From Octopus sinensis (Eukaryota), in assembly GCF_006345805.1 (NCBI RefSeq), contig NC_042999.1:112716001-112780000 (forward strand): DNA of 64,000 nt, read 5' to 3'. The notes below the pieces were generated by a model that saw nothing but the letters and a program-made list of their open reading frames with translations, had not been told where the DNA came from and ran no database searches. Below, piece by piece: positions 41,246 to 52,341 of the stretch. The number at the start of each line of letters is the position of its first letter. Within the stretch, counting starts at the first letter, position 1. Position numbers and translations under genes: made by a program.

Positions 41246-42601
41246 AACAGAATTTCTTTTGTTACTTTAGTGATATTTCTAATGGACATTTTTATTCTGT
41301 AGCTTAAAACTAAAATAAACTTTTAAATAGTTGCCCATTTAAAATGCAACTTTTTAAAATATTCTGTTTAAATACTGTATTTTGAAAGCTAATAAATTTA
41401 CCAATATTTTCATTTCCAGACAAATAGATGGTAGATGCTTTTTAACTGGATAAGTTATTGAAATTTAGGTTGTGGTTCTCAGATAAGGTCTAATAAATGG
41501 AGGCGGGGTAAATTTGTAACGGGCAAAATGAATAATTTCTGATTTCTTGTTATTTTCTTCCTACTTGTTTTAAACCAATACATTGTAAATATTGCACCAT
41601 CTTTCGAAAGTTAAAATTGATCGGCATAGTTGTTTTTGAAGTCAAAAGTTTGAAACATAGGTAGGTGACAGGTGCATTCTTTTCAAGAAATTTTTCAACT
41701 TTGACTCGATTGTAGTTGAGGTTGCAAATAAAATATATGGATAATTTTTAATGTTTAACAATCAATTTTTTTTTTAATTGTAGGATTCCAAGTCAATTTT
41801 TTTCTACAATGTCTAATTTGATCATTTTCAGTTTAAAAATAAATGTCTGAACTGGGGCAAAATGAGTAATGACTAATTTCAATTTTTTCTCTTTAACTAC
41901 ATGATTAATATATTGTGAAGAAGCTATGGAGAATATTTTCTGTTGAATTCTTTTAGATTTAGATGAGTTTTGTTAATTTCATATCGTGTACCATTTTTCC
42001 AAGATCCTCTTTCATTTGACTTAGATATTATAAATTTTTGTTGCATTTCTGATTTCTAAGAATGGATATTGATGTGTATGTCTTTTCTCAAATGTAATTC
42101 TGGAGAATTGACAGGGCAAATTTACCTTATCTTATTCAGGTAAATTTGGCTAAATTTGTCTTTTATATTCTCAAAGAGAATGGAGATAATTTTCTGAAAT
42201 AGCATTCAGGTTATGCTATAATGCTTTTAATACATTTACAGAAGGTCATTTGCTTAGCTGATTTAGTTTTCGTAAGGTACTGAGCATTTGTACCAAAAGA
42301 ATTTTTTTTTTCAAAGTCAAACAGTAAATCTTATTGTGTCCCACTCCATCCCTAATCTTTTGATATTGTTTTACTAAAAGCATTTATTTTTAAAATATTC
42401 TTTTTTCATATTCTGTAAACTTTGTATATACATTGTACAATATTTACACTTATTTAGATGACTTCCCCATAAATTATATTCCTAATCAAGGTTCTGTTTT
42501 TGATTCATTTTGACTCGAAATTTGTCAACAAACTACTCGGTAATTTTTGTGGCTGTATCAAAGTGGAAAGAGAAAGCTAATGGGCTGTACATGTGTGCTT
42601 G

Positions 42602-42637
<36 letters not shown>

Positions 42638-42984
42638 TGTCTTGTGTGTGTGTGTGCACATGCTTGTTCATGTGTGTGTGGAGGGGGTGCTTGTTCCTCT
42701 CTTCTCTCACCAGAAATCCCCTCCCTCACTGGTGGTATCCTCTATCATATCTGCAATTTTATCTCCCTCTCGCTCTCCCAGGACAAATGCAACTAGTTTA
42801 GCTGCCCACCTACTTAATCTAACATTGGCATTTTGATATTCATATTCTCCTTTATCTATCTTTACTGATTTACTTACTTATATCTGCAACACCAGTAATG
42901 CTTAAATTTACAATTTTACAATGTCCATAATGTTTATACTTACAAAACCACTAACACCTACTCCTACCCCCAGTAGGGGCAACA

Positions 42985-44732
42985 ATCATAACATGCTTGA
43001 ATGTTTGAATGATGACAGGACGAAAGTGAGAACAGGTGTTGTATGTCTATCAAGCGAACATGAAAACCTTCTTCTTTTCAGGCACTAAATAACATCTCCA
43101 CTCCCCATGCCTCTTCCCACATTCCTTTCCCAGATTTTAGAGTTGGCACTGTCAATGTAGGCACACTGAAAGGTAGGTCTAGTGAGATTGTAGAGATGCT
43201 TGAACAGAGACGTGTTGATGTATGCTGCATGCAAGAGGTAAGGTGGAGAGGAGTTTCAGCCAGGGTCCTCGCAGGCAAGGCACATAAGTATAAAATCTTC
43301 TGGAAATGTAACAGTGATGGAGTAAAGGGTATAGGCATACACCTCATAGAGAAACAGGTGGATAAGGTCATAGAGGTGGTCAGGGTATGCGATAGAGTAC
43401 TTAAGCTTAGGCTAGTCCTGCAGAATAGTATAGCTACAATTATCTCTGCCTACACCCCACAAGCAGGCCTACTAAATGATCAGAAGGACCACCTTTATGA
43501 TACCCTTCTACAAGCTACCTCAAAGACGAGTAGTAATGATCTCATCTTTGTGGCTGGAGATTTTTATGGTCATGTTGGACAGCAATCCAGTATCTTCCAT
43601 GGTGTTCATGGGGCCCATGAAATTGGTTCCCGAAAGGAAGAGGGAACTAGGCTACTGGAGTTCTGTGATGCATGCAACCTAATAATCTGCAACACTAACT
43701 TCAAGAAGCCAGACAGCCACCTGATAACCTATCAATCAGGCGACTCTGCTAGCCAGATTGATTTCATCCTCACCAGACATACAATGTTACAAGGTTGCTC
43801 TTTAATACAAAGACCCTCCCTGGTGAAGAATGTACCCCTCAGCGTAGATTAATAGTGACTTTAGACTTGAGGCCAGAAGGATGTCAAGTAGCAGACATTT
43901 CCAGAAAAAAAGTATTTGGAAGCTAAAGAACCCTTCTCATGGTCACAGATTTAGGGACATCCTCATTGAGAAATTTGATGAGAGGGAGGAGCTACAGACT
44001 CCGGACATAGAGGGTAACTGGAAATTCCCGTGGGACAGCTTACTGAGCACCACAGACCAAATCTGTAGCTGGTGCAAAGTCCCTGCCAGACCTAGAGTAA
44101 CGTGGTAGTGGAATAATATGGTAGACAAGGCCATTAGAGCAAAGAAACAAGCCTGGAAAGTCTGGAAGAGTTGGAGTAGCAGGGAACTGTACCAGATAAC
44201 CAGAAGGGAGGCTGGGCAACAGGTATACATAGCCAAGGACGAAGCAGAAAAGAAGTTTGCCAATGTCCAGTGACGTGAGGACCAAAGAACTGAAGTATTT
44301 CAGATTGCAAGACAGTATGTGAGAGAAAATTGTGATGTCACAGGAGAGAAATGTGTCCGCATGGATGATGGTGTACTTGCTTTTAATGATTCTGAAAAGA
44401 AATAAGGTTGGAGAAGCCATATAGAAGGCTGCTAAATGTGGAGAATGAATGGGAGGAAGAGAGCCTGCCAAATGTTGACCCAGTAGAGGGACCAGCTACC
44501 CAAATAGATAGCACCCTGGTAGATAAAGCAATTAAAGATATGAAGTCAGGAAAAGCCCCCAGCCCATCAGGAATCACTGCTGAGATGCTTAAAATATCTG
44601 GTGGTGTGGGTCATGGCCCTGTCACCCATATTGTAAACCAGGTAGTTCACGAAGGAGTCATACCCAATGGCTGGCGTAGCAGCATCATAGTCAACTGCTA
44701 CAAAGGTAAAGGTGATGCTTTAGATAGAACAT
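42985..44732 (+). mobile_element. RTE LINE 5' portion (AP endonuclease plus linker), 3'-truncated
   Basis: VGTVNVGTLKGRS, CCMQEVRW, ISAYTPQ, VAGDFYGHVG, SQIDFIL and GKAPSPSGITAEMLK motifs; several stops and frameshifts. Confidence 0.9.
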
Positions 44733-45067
44733 AACTTTTCACCTTGTTGTTTTTCTCAATCATCACATAAGCATATGTAGATGTGTTTTAATCCAAATGA
44801 AAATAAAAATTATAACACATACTCTCACATAGTTACATCCGTATAGTAAGAGAGACACATACAGACATACATTCACACATGTCAGTCATCACATATATAT
44901 ATATATATGTGTGTGTAGTTGATAATGTATGTAATGTGGAAACATGCACACAGACACATACACACTCATATACAAAATGTGACGTCATCATGGTATGAAA
45001 TGTCCTGTACTATAGTTGACTATAGAAAGATTATCTGTATAAAATGTTATATTGTTTTAATTGATAT

Positions 45068-47779
45068 TGTAACGAACTTAATGTGAGTGAATATCTTCGT
45101 GCACTTTTGGGGTGCACAAAGCAATCACTCACTAGCCGTTGCTTTAATAATCCAGAATCTCTACTAGTCAGAAACAACAAGACGCAGACGTAAAATATAC
45201 ATATAACTACTTTATTCTCTTTCTTGGTAAACAATAACAATACTGGTGTTATCTGATGTCCTTGATTCTGGGCGCGCAAGGCTGAAAGTTAATAGATTGT
45301 AATATTTACAATCTTCAGCCCAAAAACAGAAAAGGATTCAAGATGGCGTCGAACAATGGAGACGATGTTGGTCTGCAACAATTTGGTAAGGACTGCTAGA
45401 AGCTAGTTCCAACGGAGAGAAAATATATCGCGTGACGTCGCCTTCAATCGCTGGGTCCCAAGTCCTCGATGACTGCTGCTAGTGGTCAAACGTTCTACGA
45501 CCCCCTTGCCTCGCTAACTACCACGATAGGCAAGCGGGTCGTGCTTCCGGTGGTTCGCGCATGCGCGAGAGGGCCCTTCCTTTCTCTGCCTTGGTAAAGG
45601 CACCAACACGTGCGAAATACAAATGGACGGCGCGCGCACCGTTATAATATCACTACAAGGCTCCCCTCCAGTGCGTACGCACGAAAGGAAACTTATTGTA
45701 GTGACTGCAAAACTCAAGGTGGACACCAGATAACCAAATAGCACACAATAATATAATGGCAAAATTTATAACATACACAAGAAATTTACTAAAGGAAAAA
45801 GAGAAAAAATACTCAATGAGCAAAATCAAGAGTGCATGCATGAAAGTGTATACGTCACAAAGTATAGAGCCTTCCGCTGTAGGAAGCGGAGGGAATGCAA
45901 AACTCACAGTTAATGAACCTAGGCGAAATTAAAATCCAACTTCTCTAAAGGTGGTTGATCCTGCGAAATAGCAGTTAAATCAATTGCTGCAGGAGAGGAA
46001 ATGGAATTGGCAGAAGCTCGCTAGTAACACAAAAGGCAAAGGTGCAAACATGCTGGTGTGATGCGCGACACAGATAATTTTCTGTTAATTACGTGACCAA
46101 CAGTGGTCTAACAGGGAAAAATAATTACGCCCATACATAGGCGCAGCGCATGTGAACATCTGACATTCTATGAGTTGGGAAAAGAATTAGGCTAACGCAC
46201 GTGTTGCAAAAACAAGGCAAGTACATGTGCGAAGCAAAAAACACATGAAATGCAATGGTGCTTGCCAGACCGAAAAAACAGCAAATGAATATGCCAGTGG
46301 TTAAGCGATTATATGCTTCGTTCGTATAGGAACAAAAGTATGACATGCTGGCGCGTTATAATGGACAAACAACCCTCTCTATGTATACGTGACCGACCTA
46401 GGGTCTATAGAAATGAGGGGTGTCCACAAAAGGCAAATTTAGCATGGAACAAACAAGCGAGAAAAGCATGTGTGACGTATGTATGTGAGAGAGAGCATTT
46501 ATGTGTGTGTACGTGTGTGCGACAGAAATACATACAAGGTGAATGCGAGCAAAATATAAAAACAGCGCATAGAAAAAATGTCTCTCATGTGCTATTCCAG
46601 ACAAGAGTTAATTTACCAGTCTGTAATAGCCTGATGTACAATAGCAGTTCGTTCCGTAACAGAAATGTTGAAATCACAAAATGCAGATGCCAGTTGAACA
46701 CATATCGTGTAGCGGTTGTGGCTTCAATGCTGTGACAGGTTAACTGGAACAGAAGAATCTCGTAGATAGACGGTGCTGTTTATCCTTGGTGTGCATATGC
46801 ACAAACGGCAAGTGGACCAAACTTCCGCGAGTTGCTATGTACATCTTGGTGGAGGTCGACGGTGTTGAAAGGCGACGGTGGTGGAAGGCGACTGTAGTGG
46901 ACTTGGGACAACATCGTTCTTAGTGATGATGGCGACGACGTGAAGTAGACAGACGACGATGATGATGGCGAAGGCAGAGAAATAGCATCGATGATGTGAT
47001 GGCGTCCGTCATCATGTTGAAGAATAAAAGGGCTCCTTCTATAACGGTCCGAGAGGACGGAAACAAATCGTCGAAAGTTGATGCGTAGAGTTAAATCGTG
47101 TTCCGACTTCGCAGAAAAACTGGATTTTTTTTTGTTGTTAAGTGATCTCTGGTTTTAGACCAGAATCACGTCGGGAGGTCACCACTGTAACGAACTTAAT
47201 GTGAGTGAATATCTTCGTGCACTTTTGGGGTGCACAAAGCAATCACTCACTAGCCGTTGCTTTAATAATCCAGAATCTCTACTAGTCAGAAACAACAAGA
47301 CGCAGACGTAAAATATACATATAACTACTTTATTCTCTTTCTTGGTAAACAATAACAATACTGGTGTTATCTGATGTCCTTGATTCTGGGCGCGCAAGGC
47401 TGAAAGTTAATAGATTGTAATATTTACAATCTTCAGCCCAAAAACAGAAAAGGATTCAAGATGGCGTCGAACAATGGAGACGATGTTGGTCTGCAACAAT
47501 TTGGTAAGGACTGCTAGAAGCTAGTTCCAACGGAGAGAAAATATATCACGTGACGTCGCCTTCAATCGCTGGGTCCCAAGTCCTCGATGACTGCTGCTAG
47601 TGGTCAAACGTTCTACGACCCCCTTGCCTCGCTAACTACCATGATAGGCAAGCGGGTCGTGCTTCCGGTGGTTCGCGCATGTGCGAGAGGGCCCTTCCTT
47701 TCTCTGCCTTGGTAAAGGCACCAACATGCGCGAAATACAAATGGACGGCGCGCGCGCGCACCGTTATAATATCACTACA
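45068..47779 (-). mobile_element. Complete non-autonomous LTR retrotransposon (TRIM/LARD-like, 2712 bp), tRNA-Trp primed
   Basis: LTRs 45068-45657 (590 bp) and 47186-47779 (594 bp), both TG...CA, about 99% identical. ATAT target-site duplication at 45064-67 and 47780-83. Minus-strand PBS TGGTGACCTCCCGACGTGATT next to 47185; PPT GGAGGGGAGCCT at 45658-69. No gag/pol ORF in the 1.5-kb interior. Confidence 0.93.
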
Positions 47780-49667
47780 ATATAAAAAAAAATTACATGT
47801 TGACATTTGCGGGTGATGTAATACTATTGTAAAAGACAGAGACAAGGAATTTTAGACACACATAGACATACATTTATGCATGTCAGTTGTCTCATATGTA
47901 TATGTATGTGTAGATGTGTGTGTGTGTGTGTTTAATGTATCTAATGCAAAAACACACTCAGACATACACTTACACACATACACTCATATACAAAATGTGA
48001 TGTTGTCATCGTCATCCTCATGGTTGAGCAGTTTGCAAATGCATAGGGAACAGACAGAATGCATGTCAGTCATCACATATATGTGTGTTTAATAATGTAT
48101 CTTACGTGGAAACAGACACACTCACAGACACATACACACTCATATACAAAATGTAACATTGTCATCGTCGATGTGATATAAAATGTCCTGTAATATAGCT
48201 GACTATAGAAAGATTATCTCTAAAATGTTATATTGTTTCAATCAAAGTGAAAAAAAGAATTACATGTTGATACTCATGGGATGTAATGATTTGATTTGGT
48301 CGAGCCATTTGAGAAGGCATAGGGAATTGACAGACAGGCAGACAAAGGTTTTATATATATATATATATAGGTAAGGAATGTTTTCGGGATTTTTTTCTTT
48401 TAATTTCATAGTTGTATACCAATATTATTGGCAGAGGTGTTAAACATGCACCACATCCCTTTACCCTTTACATAAAAAAAAAAACAAACAGAAGGTGGCA
48501 TGCATGTTTAACATCTCTACTGAATCATCCAAGGAGAAATAACATATTTACTTTATGAACAGCACCATAGACAGTTTTACTGATTATTTTACTCAAAAGT
48601 AAGTAAATTCAAGTGATAGAAGGAACTACATTCAATAAATTGAAATTAACTGTTTTACTAACTGAAGGTTTTAATAACTCTGTTGCTATTTTTTTATTAC
48701 CATTTCTGTTTTATTTTAGTCTCTCCATCTTAGTCTTTTATTTGCTGTTACTTTTTATCACTCAGTCCAGCTATTTCCAGTAGGTTAAGCGGTCACTTAC
48801 AATTTCCTTAAGAGAGCCAGATAGGGCATTCAATGTATTAGACAGACAATATGTTGTCTGTTTTTCTAGATGCTCATCTGTTTTAAATGTACCAATTATG
48901 ACCATCACATCCATTGGGGGGGGGGGCTAAATACAGTGTTCTCCACCCAACCTCACCTTGTAACTGTTTTTAATGATGCATAATTTTGCATGTGCAAAAG
49001 GTTCAAGAAATCTATTTTCTGCTTGGAAAATTTTTCAGTTTTAGATCTTAAACTGGGATATCCAAGCATCCTTGATAGAGCATTTGAGAGAAGTATGAAT
49101 GCCACAGCTGCATTTCCCCATCACTATAATATCCTTTCCCTTGTAACCTCCAGAGAAATTGTAAGATACCAACTTCTGTTTTGATTCAAGAATATATATT
49201 TTATTGTTGCTTATGGTATTTAGGTCAAATAGGTCAAACCCTGATCAAGCAGAAAATTTATCGCAGGCATTCTAGTCAACCATCTTGTCTTTCCCTTTTA
49301 TTTTTAGTTGTAGTCATCTGAGATTGCATTATCCAATATTAAATAATGACGTATTCTCATTTCATATAAAGGATCATTTGGTATAATCATACAGCCAAAT
49401 ATTCTTGGCTTTGAATAAAGTTTGCTGATCTGTCCATCTTAGGCTGGCATTAATAGAATGGTTTGTTCACTTAAGCATTGCTTAATTGTTTGAATAAATA
49501 TCAATGTTAAGGTTTGCTAGATTCAAATTGAGTATATGAAAAATATACAGGAATCTTTATCTATAATTGATTTTGATTTAACTTTTTTTTTCAGCTTAAT
49601 GAAACATTGTTATATAGCAAGAACATAATGCTAATATATTTTCTTATTGTATATCTTTTCAGTCAAA

Positions 49668-50966
49668 ATGAGTTTAATGGATGAATTAGTATCAGCAGGG
49701 GTTGACTCAAATGAGTTTTTGGGCAATCCTCTGAAGTATGACGATTTTGTTGCAACAAATAATTTGGATGATTCCTCTTTGTCACATTCAGTTTGTGAGG
49801 ACTTTACAGTGGACTTCACTGACATGAAAGATATTTACCCTGGCAGTAGATGTAAAAATTTATATGGTAATGTTGATACAACTAACAATAATAATTCTTT
49901 GTTTGAAAACTGTACCATGAATTTGGAGCAAGAACTTGAGCAAGCAGTGACTTTAACTGGTTCCTCAATGGCAACTACTTCAAACTTGGTTACTAGTATT
50001 AAAGACCATGATGGAGATAATATTGGTAATGATGTTACCAATAATAGTAATGACCATGGAGATAATGAAATTGACAACAATCATAACAGTGATTATGGGG
50101 ATGATGGCTCCAAATTCTTATGTGGAAATTTAGTTGATGAATATGATGTTACTGCAGAGACAGACAAAGATATCTCGAGTGTTGTAAATAACTTCAGTCT
50201 TGAAAGAAACATGGAAAAAGAATGTACTTTGATAAAGGATGAAATTAATGATGGAAACAGTTTGGGAAGTCATCTTATTGATACAGAAAAGACAAGACTT
50301 TCTACTGAAATTGCTGTTGATGTTGATATGACAGAGAGCCCCACTAAAATTACCAATGATGTGGATATGATAAAGACTAGGTCCCCTACCAAAATTGACC
50401 TTGATGTGGATAGGATAAAGACTGAATCCTCTACAGAAATTGACATTGATGTGGATATGATAAAGACCAGGTCCCCTACTGAAATTGACCTTGATATGGA
50501 TAGAATAAAGACTGAATCCTCTACAGAAATTGACATTGATGTCGATATGATAGAGACTGAATCCCCTGTCAAAAATTCTAACACTATAAATAGTTTTGCT
50601 GCTGAAGAAACTCTCAATGCTAGTATAAAGACAGAGCCAGCTTACAAAGTTACCGTTGACTGTAACAATGCAAACAGTGTGACAATGTCATCTATAAAGA
50701 GCGAGACTGACCATACAAATAAAAGTGTAGTTGTACAATCAGCACAGGATTCACAGTTAGAGGCCTGTGAATCATTTGAAGATTTATATCTGCAAGAAAA
50801 GTTTTTAAAGAAAGAAAGAGAAGTGGATTCTTTAAGAAAGCAGTTAGATGATAAACAAAAAGGGATTCATCATGCTGTGAATTTTGGTAAGCAACTTCTT
50901 GAAGAAAATGAGGAACTCAAAGAAAAAGTGCACAAACTTGAGCAGAAAATGATTACAATTGATGAG
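49668..50966 (+). CDS. SPDL1: Spindly coding exon 1 (433 codons): acidic low-complexity N-terminal extension plus start of coiled coil with CC1 box
   Basis: Acceptor ttttcAG at 49661-62, ATG at 49668, donor GAG|GTAATG at 50967. The C-terminal part EVDSLRKQLDDKQKGIHHAVNFGKQLLEENEEL aligns from memory with human Spindly ITNLRCRLKEAEEERLKAAQYGLQLVESQNEL. Confidence 0.85.
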
Positions 50967-51726
50967 GTAATGTATTCTTTAGATAATCATGAATAAAGGC
51001 ATGAGTTTGCAGTACTGAAAGTATATAGATGCTAGTAAATATACTCATTTTCTACATGCATACAAGTGCATGTATATATTAGTATGTAAATATTAGCATG
51101 TAGTTGCATGCTGAGTTATATATGTTATAATTTTAGCATCAGGTGGTATATAACAGATTTAAATATAATACTGTGATTTAATCATTCACTAAATACTATT
51201 ATCCATTCACTCAATTACTTTCTACCATTTTCAAATATAGTAAAAAAAATCAGGTCAAATCTTAGCAAAGCATATTCTATACTGTTGGTAAAACTATTGC
51301 ATGTGTGTACATATATATATATGTATATATAGTGTGTAGCTTTCACCTGTTGACTTAAAGACTAGATGTACTTTTACATTGAATTCTTTACAGTTTTTTT
51401 CAATTTCAGTTACTTGATTTTTAGACTTGTTTCTATTACTTTATTTTTTTTAACACTCTCAGAAGGAATTTTTGTCAATAATTTCAATTTATCAAAATTT
51501 TCTCTGTGCACTATACTACATTTGTGAGTCTATCATATTTGTATTTAGTAAGTAGAATGCTCTTCTGAACCATATTATTGATATTCATTACATTCTCTGT
51601 GTATGTATTTGTATGTGAATATAAATATACATAAAATATAGGGTAGTGAGTTTTTTTAATAGAAATTTCACTACCATTGGCCTAGCATGTATAAAAAGTT
51701 AATAGACAGCATATTCTCAATATGAA

Positions 51727-51951
51727 ATAGTGTACATTTAAACACAAGAGAAACTGCCTTCAACAAGCAGTTTTACACACTAGAAGTAGTCAAAACGACC
51801 AAAGCCACATTTAAGAGCAATCTTCAAAAGGTAAAAGTTTTTATTTTTCATTCCTTTTGAAGATTACTCTTAAATGTGGTTTTGGTCATTTTGACTACTT
51901 CTAGTGTGTAAAACTGCTTGTTGAAGGCAGTTTCTCTTGTGTTTAAATGTA

Positions 51952-51957
<6 letters not shown>
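51727..51957. repeat. 105-bp inverted repeat with a 21-nt loop (foldback element) in a Spindly intron
   Basis: 51727-51831 vs 51853-51957, only 3 non-Watson-Crick positions. Confidence 0.95.
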
Positions 51958-51997
<40 letters not shown>

Positions 51998-51998
<1 letters not shown>

Positions 51999-52252
51999 TA
52001 CAAAAATGGGACAAGAACGCAAAACATCCAGACAGATGATACAAAGAAAACAAAGACGGATCATTCGAAGTTTTCTATCCTCAGTCGAGTTCCAGATTAT
52101 CTTTGCAATAACCAGAGAAATGTTATACAATTGCAATTAACAAGACATACCACCAGGTGTCTTTTGACTAAGGACAAATTAAATTAAGCTGGCATGTGTG
52201 GAAATATCACCTAACTGTCTGGATGTTTTGCGTTCTTGTCCCATTTTTGTAT
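51998..52252. mobile_element. Small element with perfect 38-bp terminal inverted repeats
   Basis: ATACAAAAATGGGACAAGAACGCAAAACATCCAGACAG (51998-52035) and its reverse complement (52215-52252). Confidence 0.8.
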
Positions 52253-52301
52253 TTTTTTTATATATATAAAATATAGCGGTGTACATACGCTTCAGACTCT
52301 T

Positions 52302-52341
<40 letters not shown>

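Noticed and set aside
45300-45500. Hammerhead (retrozyme) within the LTR: CTGAAGA on the minus strand and CGATGA..CAAAC on the plus strand
   Set aside because: No GAAA core in the correct position after a stem II; these are ordinary hairpins.
46313-46735. 140-aa ORF in the LTR element interior
   Set aside because: Antisense to the element, partly microsatellite-derived, and lacking gag/pol/env motifs.
52040-52085. CTGAGGA...GAAT..GTC hammerhead-like string on the minus strand
   Set aside because: GAAU instead of GAAA, non-canonical stem II closure and no stem I pairing.
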